Shown one piece after another: positions 56,801-64,000 of a stretch of 64,000 nt of DNA; position 1 is the first letter of the stretch; every line of letters begins with the position of its first letter. The DNA is from an uncultured Thermodesulfobacteriota bacterium (GTDB lineage Bacteria > Desulfobacterota > DSWW01). Both the position numbers and the translations under genes were made by a program. The notes beneath the pieces were generated by a model. The model had not been told where the DNA came from and did no database searches. It saw only the letters and a list, made by a program, of their open reading frames with translations. The stretch lies in the NCBI GenBank assembly GCA_964479535.1, contig CAYZMM010000001.1:327902-391901 (forward strand), read 5' to 3'.

Positions 56801-58202
56801 CTCACGAACGAAGACCTCGTCGCCCCGGGCCACGGCCCCCCCTTCTCCTCCACAGGGGAGACAGGCCCGCCTTTCGGACACCCTGGATTTCATCGTGGAC
56901 GAGCGAGGCAGCCGGGTTGAGTACGATGACCCGCGCATCGTACACGTATGGACGACCCCTCACAGCCCGTACGCGCTGCGTATGATCGAAAAGGTGTACG
57001 AGACCCGCACACCCGGCTTCCGGGGTGCGGGCAGGACGCGTCCGGAAACCATGCAATATGCGAGAAGACTCTGCTCCGGCAGGGAGTGCGTGCCCATGAC
57101 GGCCACCGCAGGGGCTGCGCTGGAAGACATGGAAACCCGTCGCGGGGAGGACGAGATCACGATCTACTTCGCCCTGGATCAGGAAGGGCCCTGTCAGAAC
57201 GGGGCCTGGCCGCTCGTGTGGGAAACCATCGGAAAGAGACTCGGCCTGGGAAACGTGATCTGCGGCGTGTGGCCTTCCGCCCGGAACAACTACCTGGGGC
57301 TCGGCAACGACTACAACCTTCTCACAAACGCATGTCTGTTCCTCGGCGACATGTTCGATGAAGCGAGGAACGCACTGGCCTGCCTCGCCCCGGACAGGGC
57401 GTCTGCCCTGCAGGTCTTCGAGGAGGCCTTCGTCACCTTCCTGAAACGCTTCGGAGAGAACGGCGACAAGGCCCTCGACCCCGCCCTGGCGGAGTGGGCC
57501 GATAGGGTGTCCCGAGTTCCCCTCAAGGCAACGCCGCAACGGACCCCGAAGGTGCTCATCCTGGGCGGGTTGAACCTGCTCTTCGTTCACGACCCGGTCA
57601 CCGACTACCTCCTGGAGCAGGGCATCCTGCCGAAACTCGTCCCCTACTCGGAAAGCCTCTGCTGGCTCGCCGCGGAAACCGTCGTGCGGCACGGCTTTCG
57701 TCACGGCCTGATCACGCCCCGGGAGCAATATTCCCACAAGCCGCCCAGGGCGAGCCGGGAAGAGGCGCTCGCCTTCCGGCAGTCGCGATTCAACGTAACC
57801 CTGGTCACTTCCGTGGAAAGGCGGTTTCGAAACGTCATGGATGCGTCCGGCCTGATGTTCGACGAGCCTGTTCCCTTTCTGGAGATCGCCGAAGGGGGGC
57901 ACCCGTACGCCTCTCACATCGGGTTTACCGAAACGACGGTCACCACCGGCCGGTTCGTCTGCTCCGTCGACAGGGGCCTCTATGACGGCCTCGTGAACCT
58001 CGGATCCTTCAACTGTCAGCCTGCCATGAACGCCCAGGCCATCATCCGTCCTCTTGCAAACAGGGCGGACATGCCCTATGTGGCCCTCGACTGTGAAGGG
58101 CCCTGGCTGTCCACCAGCCAGATCAAGCTCCTCGAGGCCCTGGTCGTCCAGGCGAGAAGGAACCACAGGAGGAAGAGCCGGCCGGCACCATCGCCCGGGT
58201 AG
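53880..58202 (+). CDS. giant fusion protein: two tandem BadF/BadG/BcrA/BcrD (HgdC-type, ASKHA) activase ATPase domains + ~800-aa C-terminal DUF2229-like region with CxxCxxxC motif
   Basis: Two copies of the motifs LGIDAGSTTTK / CAAGTGEF(SF)VE / GGQD / LGG...NR. C-terminal FRCSSCENSCEI. Likely TTG start 53880 after AAAGGAG (ORF track 53625 overlaps the symporter). Confidence 0.8.
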   Translation: MYTEQAGDHEGGALRFEGLEIGAVSVKWVGRASSGTSSIEVERHEGNPRETTRRILARQEAGPSSRMVVTGQPARLLMDLPYRPETECIERALSHHGLKPDMLLSLGGETFSVYPLKEGAVRNVISTSKCAAGTGEFIVQQFQRMGMTLERGLAEARSGSLVQMATRCSVHCKSDATHKLNKGECGPGDIARSLVNDLAKKVSELVERTQWPVGSIVLCGGVCRNGLFVERLRGFLHRSEVIILEESPYLEAFGASLFASDPPHDPSPSSPAGRFRTARPTFSRLKPLAEAEPLLDFRVGSGQRDAVQEGGTYVLGIDAGSTTTKAVLFNRDDGSIGASAYLRTLGNPVRATRACLEQLIEEVGEASIAMVQAGVTGSGRELVSVYLDNCPSFNEILAHARAAAEEVADVDTVFEIGGQDSKYISFLDGVPVDYAMNEGCSAGTGSFVEESASVDMGVPMEQISDMAAASLQPIAFGERCAAFINTDLRNALQQGVPREDVIGGLVYSVADNYLSRIVGGRHVGGNLLFLGGVALNRSVALAMAARTRRRLVVPPRPELMGCVGVAHMLLDRLREQELPERPMALASLLQSGMEAKEPFRCSSCENSCEIRRIHVRGRTYPFGGLCSKYEILRHRGTSGEDGRDLVALRNRLMFEEYGPDAAHTGRGTIGIPMALTTYSLFPFYVKLIQELGYEAVLSRPSKSGETKRTASICYPCEIMHGAVHDLFERKVGYVLLPHVIEMDGPERSLHDYTCPSTTQIPDIIRAAFDSTTERLLAPHMGLSEPLRNTTVKEVGRLGPRLGLHEAQAREAAEVALAHYDRFRQACLEETQEALRGLGEEPTVILAGRPYTICSSEVNLSLPRKIASRGYHVVSADMLPRLDDASPPRDVWHFTQQISNAVAHVRQNRHLYLCLVSCFSCGPDSSMYHFFRHRLAGRTFCYLEIDSHTAHAGFETRLGAFLDLIEEQHRRSERPSRTKTSSPRATAPPSPPQGRQARLSDTLDFIVDERGSRVEYDDPRIVHVWTTPHSPYALRMIEKVYETRTPGFRGAGRTRPETMQYARRLCSGRECVPMTATAGAALEDMETRRGEDEITIYFALDQEGPCQNGAWPLVWETIGKRLGLGNVICGVWPSARNNYLGLGNDYNLLTNACLFLGDMFDEARNALACLAPDRASALQVFEEAFVTFLKRFGENGDKALDPALAEWADRVSRVPLKATPQRTPKVLILGGLNLLFVHDPVTDYLLEQGILPKLVPYSESLCWLAAETVVRHGFRHGLITPREQYSHKPPRASREEALAFRQSRFNVTLVTSVERRFRNVMDASGLMFDEPVPFLEIAEGGHPYASHIGFTETTVTTGRFVCSVDRGLYDGLVNLGSFNCQPAMNAQAIIRPLANRADMPYVALDCEGPWLSTSQIKLLEALVVQARRNHRRKSRPAPSPG

Positions 58203-58244
58203 TGCCCTGTCCCGGGACACGAAGCCGGACCCCGCATACGGATC

Positions 58245-59369
58245 TCAGCCGGCGAGCATTTCGAGGAAGGCCTGTACCCGGGTCCCGATCTGCCCCGAGC
58301 CGGCCGTACTGTATTCACGCTCCAGATCCAGCAGGGGAATCCCCTCCTCCTGCAGTCTTCCGGTGAGCATCTGGCGCCTCCCGGCCCAGTGGTCGCAGAA
58401 CTTCAAACGGGCGCATACGACACCGTCGACCTTCCAGTCCCGAATCGTTTCCCTCATGATGTCGAAGCTCATATCGAAGCTGTTGATCACAGCCGGGCAG
58501 GGTTCCCGACTCGTGTATCGCTCGGCGATCGCTCCGAAGGGGTCCTCGCAGTCCTCCTCGATCATCCCCCTGTAGTGGCGCATTCCGAAACAGAGTCCAT
58601 CGGCCACCACGCATGCGCCCCTCTCTTCGATGAAGCGGATGAATTCCGGGACATCACAGGCACCCCCCACCACCATCAGCCTCGGCCTTCCCGCGTCAAC
58701 AGGGCGACGATTTTCCAGTTCCGGGAGAATCGCCTCGAGTCGCTCGTTGAACCGTTCCCTCGGCATGGACAACCCCGCCAGCACCATTCTCATGTGCTCC
58801 GCTCCGGTCAATGCGGGCGGATCCGACCTTCGGCTTTCGTCCAGCCGGCCGAGCAGTGCGCGCGTCCCGTTGTAGACGCGAACCGAACGTTCCAGGTCCT
58901 CCTTCCGTATTCGCACCCCCATGGAACGCTCGATCGCCTCGACGAGGCCCTTTACCTCGGAGGCGAACCACTCCTTCGCAGCGTCGCTGATGGTATGATA
59001 CATGGAGAAGTAGTGAACCAGAGGGACCTTCGCCTTGTCTTTCAACTCCCCGGCGAGCCGGAGCATGTGATCGCAGGTGTTGGTCGTCACGAACCCGTCG
59101 AGGAAATCGAGATCGCCCCGCAGGACGGCCTCCAGGACGGATCGGCTGTAAGAGCAATTGAACAGGTGCAGATGGGCATCTCCCCTGGAGGTGTCCTCGA
59201 GCCTCGGGGCCCGCACCCGCAACGGAAGCAGTCCGGCCGCATGGATGATCTCTTCGGGTATGTCCGAACAGACGGTGCCGACCACACGCCCCCCACCGCT
59301 TCTCCATGTTTCGATCTCGGCGTTGGGCAGGGTCGAGGCGATCTCCTCGAAGTATTCCAGTCCCTCCAT
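58245..59369 (-). CDS. 2-hydroxyacyl-CoA dehydratase / benzoyl-CoA reductase BcrB-BadE family subunit (HgdB-like)
   Basis: Family-typical Cys-containing regions NCSYSRS..., TNTCDHM..., ARLKFCDHWAGR. ATG 59369 (ORF-track N-terminus Ser-rich junk). Confidence 0.7.
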   Translation of the reverse strand: MEGLEYFEEIASTLPNAEIETWRSGGGRVVGTVCSDIPEEIIHAAGLLPLRVRAPRLEDTSRGDAHLHLFNCSYSRSVLEAVLRGDLDFLDGFVTTNTCDHMLRLAGELKDKAKVPLVHYFSMYHTISDAAKEWFASEVKGLVEAIERSMGVRIRKEDLERSVRVYNGTRALLGRLDESRRSDPPALTGAEHMRMVLAGLSMPRERFNERLEAILPELENRRPVDAGRPRLMVVGGACDVPEFIRFIEERGACVVADGLCFGMRHYRGMIEEDCEDPFGAIAERYTSREPCPAVINSFDMSFDIMRETIRDWKVDGVVCARLKFCDHWAGRRQMLTGRLQEEGIPLLDLEREYSTAGSGQIGTRVQAFLEMLAG

Positions 59370-59379
59370 CTTCGTCTCC

Positions 59380-60684
59380 CTATGCCATAATCGTTTCAAA
59401 GAACTCTTCGATCTGGACCCGTGCCTGCTCCGGGGAGAGCACACGGCTGTCGTTGTAATCGAACTCCAGGAAGAGGACCGGCACATCCCGCTCCCGGCAA
59501 ACTTTTTCGATCATTCCCCGTGCCCCGCAGATGCTCTGGCAGCCCACGTGCTGCGTGACGAAGAGACAATCGGCTGCATAATGGTCGTAAGCCCAGAAGA
59601 ACCACTCTATGAACGTGTCCGTTTCGATCCTTTGCAGGGACATGGTCATATCGAGACCCTGCCATGCAATCCCCTCGAGCATGCCGTCCAGGCTGGATGT
59701 GTCGATGGGCTCCAGAACGGGCGGAACGGAGAGATGGGCCACCACCATGGCACCCAGATCCTGTTCCATCCACTCGAAGATCGAGGGGTCGTAGATGGTC
59801 GGGACGTGGACCCAGAGCACCCGATGTTTCTCTTCGAAGGGCCCGCCTGTGCGGCCGTCCCTGGCCCGGGAAAGGGCATCCTCACGGAAGGTGGTGAGCA
59901 CCTCGGTGACCCGTGGGCTCCCAGCCGCCTGAATGTATCGCATGAACGGCATCATTCTCAGATAGGCGGAATAGGGCATCGGCCGGAGTCGATACGTCTC
60001 ATTGATATCCAGCATGCACTCGAAGGCCCTGTTCGACTCTTCGACCGTCTCTCTCAAACGGTCGATGTCGAACCTCCTTCCCGTCGCCTCCTCCAGAAAG
60101 GGAATGAGCTGGTCTCTGAGTTGCCCGGCGTAGTACCGGACCGCATCCCTGCCGTGCCGGAAGGGGGCGTCGAGAAAGATCGCGGGGCACTCGAGAATCT
60201 CCTTCATGATCGGGTAGGCGATGCGGGTCCCGTCACAGGGGCAGGAGGATGTGGCGAAGAGTGAGTTGTTCGGAAGCTCATCGCTCAGCGCCGCCCCGAC
60301 CAGGAAGCGATCCGTGGAACAGACTTCCGGCGGAAGGCCCGCCTCTTCCGCGCTCTCCAGGAAGGCGTGCACAACGCTCTGGTCGAGGCCGGAAAAGAAG
60401 GTGGGGTAGAACTCGAGCGACAGGGGCTTGCAGCCGAAGGCGTAGAAGATCTGGGGCATCAGGCCGAACTGGATCATCGCGACCTTTCCGCTCTCATCCA
60501 CCATGGCCGCGGCCACCTCTTCGTAGTGGACCACCATGTCGTTCAGCATCAACCAGACGAGATCGCCGTAGGGCGCGAGCGCCGGGGGGGGATTCCTCTT
60601 CATTTCCTCGGCCAGCAGGGACAGGCCGTTCGTTACGTTCATGGTTCGTTCAAAGGGTGTTCCCATTTCGACATGCTCCCTCAT
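59380..60684 (-). CDS. 2-hydroxyacyl-CoA dehydratase family subunit (HgdA/BcrC-like)
   Basis: 434 aa; conserved Cys in ...TSSCPCDG..., ...HVGCQSICG...; adjacent to HgdB-like gene. Confidence 0.7.
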   Translation of the reverse strand: MREHVEMGTPFERTMNVTNGLSLLAEEMKRNPPPALAPYGDLVWLMLNDMVVHYEEVAAAMVDESGKVAMIQFGLMPQIFYAFGCKPLSLEFYPTFFSGLDQSVVHAFLESAEEAGLPPEVCSTDRFLVGAALSDELPNNSLFATSSCPCDGTRIAYPIMKEILECPAIFLDAPFRHGRDAVRYYAGQLRDQLIPFLEEATGRRFDIDRLRETVEESNRAFECMLDINETYRLRPMPYSAYLRMMPFMRYIQAAGSPRVTEVLTTFREDALSRARDGRTGGPFEEKHRVLWVHVPTIYDPSIFEWMEQDLGAMVVAHLSVPPVLEPIDTSSLDGMLEGIAWQGLDMTMSLQRIETDTFIEWFFWAYDHYAADCLFVTQHVGCQSICGARGMIEKVCRERDVPVLFLEFDYNDSRVLSPEQARVQIEEFFETIMA

Positions 60685-60780
60685 ATCATCCGTTCATTCT
60701 CCTCTTTCCGACCGCCTGTGTGCATCTCCTTCAGGGCCACGATTTCGGCAGCCCCTGAAACTGCATGAGCATGTTGCGGC

Positions 60781-62160
60781 TCATCTCGTTCGAGATGGGC
60801 GAGAACTGGATCTGCATGGCATCGCGGAGGCACCTCTGCATGGCGTACTCGTTGCAGATGCCGTATCCGCCCGGAATCTCGTCCCCGTGTGTGGTGGCGT
60901 GCAAGCGTCGAAACGGATGTGAGCGATGCCCTTCAGGGGAATGCGGAAGGAACCGAAAGGTGCCTGACCCGACAGGGTCGTCTCTCCGTCCACAAGAACA
61001 TCCACCGCCCCGCCGCCCGACAGCCTGGCGGTGGCCACGAACCGGCCGTCCTTCTGCGAAACCTCCATCCCGCTCACGCAGGCGAGTTCCACCTCCGCCC
61101 ACCCCTCTCCGACCCTGCCTGTCAGATGCGGAAGGCCCTCGATCCGGATATGCTTGATTCGAACCGTTACGCCCCGGTTGTCCCGGAGGAATCCGGAAGG
61201 GCCCTCCACCTCCCCCGATCCCGTGGCACACGGTTCGGCCCGCCTGAGCCCGGAACCGAACATCTCGGTCAGTGTCTTCATCCCCTCGTCGACCGAGCAT
61301 GACGGGTCCATCAACCGCCAGTAACCGATCCCCTCGGCCATGACCAGCTCGAGGTAGGCGAGAAGGTCGACATTCACGTCCGGCTTGACCACCCCCTCCG
61401 CGATGGCCCGTCTCAGGTCTCTCGCCATGGGGGCGGCCAGCGTTCGGAAGGCCTCCCCCCCCTTCTGCGCCATCGCGGGGTCGCGCCCCCCCAGGGCGGC
61501 ACGGAGCAGGTTCAGAATCCCGCGGAAGCCCGGAAAGGCGTTCAAGAAGGCGATGCCCCGTTTCCGAGTCCTTTCGTCGAAGTCCTTTTCGCTTCGTATC
61601 TCCGCCCAGGCCTCCTTCGGCACCATCGTGACCGTGAGCCGATCGATGCACTCCATGAACAGTTCCTTCTTGTTCTTGAAGTAGACGTAGAAGGTGCCCT
61701 TCCCCATGTGGAGGGCCTCCGTGATGTCGCTGATCTTCGTTCTCTCGTACCCCCTTTCGGAGAAGAGCTCGATTGCGGCATCCAGGATCGTCTCCCGGTT
61801 CCTGTGCCCTTGAGGGCTCGTACCGCTCCGCTCCCCCCGATGGGCGGACGACCCCGGGCCCGGAGAGACGGCACGGCCGTCCACACTGCGCTCGCAGGCT
61901 TCCTTTGGTTCAACACGATCCAGGAGTTCCCTGATGCGCGCCAGGGGAAACCCTTCTTTTTCGCGCAGCCGGCGGATCTTTCGGAGCCGGTTCAAGTGGC
62001 TCTCGTCAAACAGGTGGACGTTCAACCCCACCTGTCGGGGGCGGTGAAGCAACCCTATGTTCACGTAATGGTGAATGGTCGAGCGGGTGAGCCCCGACGC
62101 CTTCGAGAGCTGCGCGATCTTCATCCCCGGTGGAACAGGCAGCTGCTCGGCAGGTGTCAT
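60781..62160 (-). CDS. fusion transcriptional regulator: MerR-type HTH + TetR-family domain + ~110-aa C-terminal domain of unknown function
   Basis: MKIAQLSKASGLTRSTIHHYVNIGLL (MerR HTH); RETILDAAIELFSERGYERTKISDITEALHMGKGTFYVYFKNKKELF (TetR HTH) + TetR ligand domain. Start 62160 or 62124. Confidence 0.7.
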   Translation of the reverse strand: MTPAEQLPVPPGMKIAQLSKASGLTRSTIHHYVNIGLLHRPRQVGLNVHLFDESHLNRLRKIRRLREKEGFPLARIRELLDRVEPKEACERSVDGRAVSPGPGSSAHRGERSGTSPQGHRNRETILDAAIELFSERGYERTKISDITEALHMGKGTFYVYFKNKKELFMECIDRLTVTMVPKEAWAEIRSEKDFDERTRKRGIAFLNAFPGFRGILNLLRAALGGRDPAMAQKGGEAFRTLAAPMARDLRRAIAEGVVKPDVNVDLLAYLELVMAEGIGYWRLMDPSCSVDEGMKTLTEMFGSGLRRAEPCATGSGEVEGPSGFLRDNRGVTVRIKHIRIEGLPHLTGRVGEGWAEVELACVSGMEVSQKDGRFVATARLSGGGAVDVLVDGETTLSGQAPFGSFRIPLKGIAHIRFDACTPPHTGTRFRADTASATSTPCRGASAMPCRSSSRPSRTR

Positions 62161-62220
62161 CCCGGATCCCTTCCCCGCATTATATGTTGCATGATAATAC
62201 TGACGAGTCGGCACCTGAAA

Positions 62221-62250
62221 AGCATAGATTGCCCAGCCCGGCATGTCAAG
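62221..62250 (-). promoter_or_regulatory. sigma-70-type promoter TTGACA-N18-TATGCT for the MerR-TetR gene
   Basis: Revcomp of 62221..62250; 18-nt spacer; in AT-rich 62160-62330 region. Confidence 0.4.
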
Positions 62251-62448
62251 AAAAAAGCCAAGAAGCCTGAAGATGCGACAATATTCTTCCAATAGTATGT
62301 TTTTAAACGTTTTTTACGGCATGGTCGTTGCGAGGCGACTTCCCGGGTTATGGCAATTTGTTAGACGATAATACCCATTGGTCGGTTATTGCCGAGGAGA
62401 ACAGACGAGACGCTTATCCATTCGACGTCGAGTTGCAGCGACGCTGGG

Positions 62449-64000
62449 TCACGCAAGCTCCCGTTTCAGCAGGCCCAGGGCCACGAGGAAGAACACCCAG
62501 GGCGCAAGGAATGCGAAGAGGCCTCGAACGGGCCCCTGTACGGGGATCGTGCCGCAATTGTCCTGGCCGTTCCCATTGCTGTCGATGTCATCATCGTCCC
62601 ATTCCGCGGAACCGCCGTCGAAACCGTCACAGTCCCAGTCCGTTTCGTCGTCAAAGGGGTCGCCCGCGCCCGGATGAACGAGGGGGTCCTGGTCATCACA
62701 GTCGTGTGTGCGCATCACGCCGTCCCCGTCCTCGTCCTGGCAATCGTCCCCCACGCCGTCCAGATCTTCATCGACCTGTGCGGTGTTCGCGTGCCGGGGA
62801 CAGTTGTCGGATTCGTCCGCCACCCCGTCCCCGTCCGTGTCGCCCTCTGCGGGCGGTCCCATGGAATAGAGTCTTCCGCCCAGGGGGCCCAGATCTCCGA
62901 CAGCCACGAAACGATCGCGGTAGACGATCGGGGCGGCGACGGCACGGTGCCGCTCGCCGAAGCCGGCCTCGTTCACGCGGCTCCACCGGTCCTCGTGGAG
63001 TCTCCAGACCTCGCCTCCCGTGAAGGGGTTGGTCGTACAGATGTACAGGTCTTCCTCGTAGACGACCCCGGAATGATACGTAACCGCCTGTGTGTTGCGC
63101 ATCGGAATGCCTGCGAAAAGGACCGGTCCCCAGACCGCTCCGTCGTAACGCCACAACTCCGCGCCCGTGTACACGTTCTCTGTGCCCACATAGAGAAAGC
63201 CGCCGTGGGAGATCATCATCAGGGCGTTTCGATTGAAGACGTTCGACGCCCCCAGCCCGAAGCCGTCCGCGTTGACCTGTCTCCACGAGGATTTCATGCG
63301 GGAGAGAGGGGCCCCCTCCGAGCGCCAGATCTCGGTCCCGGTTCCTACCCGCAGGGTATCGTAGAAGTAACCGTTTTCGGTGCCCACGTAGAGGGCTCCC
63401 TCGTGGACGGCCATGGTCGTCGCGTCGGAATTGAACAGATCCAGGAACCCGACCGGGCTGACCCTGGACCAGGTGTATCCGTCGGCGCTTCTCCAGACCC
63501 CGCAGGGCGGATTGAGGATCGGAACGCCCTGTGTGAAGACGCCCGCGTACAGCTCATCCTCGAAGGTCGTCATCGATGTAACGGCAAACCCGTGAAAGGA
63601 GTTCTCGTCCACCCTTTCCCAGTCCTCGAGGACCAGCGGGTGCTCTGCCTCCCGGCGTGTCCTCCAGAGTTGCGCCCCTGTGTGGCGGTTCCAGGTGCCC
63701 ACGTAGAGCCGATCCTGAAACACATGCATGCCTGCAACGCTGAAATTCTGCCACCCGAGACCGTCACCGGTCTCGTATCCCGTGGGGCACGCCTCGTGCC
63801 ACTTCCAAACCCCGTCCTCCTCCTGGATGCACAGCACCTGAAGCCCGCCCGGCACCGGTGGCTCCGCCTCCAGGTTGCGCACCCGCTGGGTCCCCGCATA
63901 CAGGCGCCCGTGATACTCGACCATGGAGACGACGAGGAACTTCTCCTTTTCCCACGCTTCTCCCATGTGGATCGGATCGAATCCCGCATTCGCCTGGTCG
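62449..64000 (-). CDS. beta-propeller repeat protein with thrombospondin type 3 (Ca-binding) repeats and C-terminal hydrophobic anchor/sorting signal; N-terminus beyond window
   Basis: Six repeats with (R/E)LY(V/A)GT...W..(D/E)G..W core; DTDGDGVADESDNCPRHANTAQVDEDLDGVGDDCQDEDGDGV TSP3 repeats; C-terminus NCGTIPVQGPVRGLFAFLAPWVFFLVALGLLKRELA. Frame open to 64000. Confidence 0.7.
   Translation of the reverse strand, partial: DQANAGFDPIHMGEAWEKEKFLVVSMVEYHGRLYAGTQRVRNLEAEPPVPGGLQVLCIQEEDGVWKWHEACPTGYETGDGLGWQNFSVAGMHVFQDRLYVGTWNRHTGAQLWRTRREAEHPLVLEDWERVDENSFHGFAVTSMTTFEDELYAGVFTQGVPILNPPCGVWRSADGYTWSRVSPVGFLDLFNSDATTMAVHEGALYVGTENGYFYDTLRVGTGTEIWRSEGAPLSRMKSSWRQVNADGFGLGASNVFNRNALMMISHGGFLYVGTENVYTGAELWRYDGAVWGPVLFAGIPMRNTQAVTYHSGVVYEEDLYICTTNPFTGGEVWRLHEDRWSRVNEAGFGERHRAVAAPIVYRDRFVAVGDLGPLGGRLYSMGPPAEGDTDGDGVADESDNCPRHANTAQVDEDLDGVGDDCQDEDGDGVMRTHDCDDQDPLVHPGAGDPFDDETDWDCDGFDGGSAEWDDDDIDSNGNGQDNCGTIPVQGPVRGLFAFLAPWVFFLVALGLLKRELA

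Noticed and set aside
62293-62448. GGCAAT...ATTGCC inverted repeat and AT-rich palindromic AAACGTTTTTTACG segment downstream of the beta-propeller gene
   Set aside because: Stem arms are short and widely spaced, and there is no GC stem adjacent to the T-tract; cannot support a terminator or riboswitch call.

Overview
High-GC (~65%) bacterial chromosomal window dominated by a near-complete flagellar regulon (~10.6-50.8 kb), almost entirely on the minus strand. The gene order is Bacillus/Deltaproteobacteria-like (flgM-flgN-flgK-flgL-csrA-fliW-fliC-fliD-fliS; flgB...fliJ-ylxF; fliL...flhB-flhA-flhF-flhG-fliA; YlqH-type FlhB C-terminal paralog). Regulatory hierarchy is readable from the sequence: an NtrC-type sigma-54 activator plus PAS histidine kinase and secreted TPR protein; several sigma-54 promoters (TGGCAC/TGGTAC-N5-TTGC) in front of flgB, fliL, flgF and the modification genes; FliA (sigma-28) and FlgM; two near-identical sigma-28 promoters (fliC, flgM); and a CsrA-FliW module with GGA motifs in the fliC leader. 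Left flank (1-10.6 kb) is an accessory flagellin-modification island: two CgeB-like glycosyltransferases (one possibly Maf-fused), two GT9 heptosyltransferase-like enzymes, and a 728-aa GT4-methyltransferase-TPR tri-domain protein. These sit behind sigma-54 promoters sharing an extended motif, with a PilZ protein at the edge. Right flank (52-64 kb) holds a symporter-linked putative radical dehydratase/reductase system: a ~1440-aa double BcrAD/BadFG/HgdC-type activase fused to a Cys-motif DUF2229-like region, plus HgdB-like and HgdA-like subunits. It is followed by a MerR-TetR fusion regulator, then a partial beta-propeller/thrombospondin-type-3 surface protein. Other points of note: heptad G-tract (G-quadruplex-capable) arrays in two flagellar intergenic regions, an antisense standalone CheY, a YlxF(MgtE_N)-SPOR fusion, and a GGDEF cyclase. 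No rRNA, tRNA, CRISPR, transposase or integrase was recognised.
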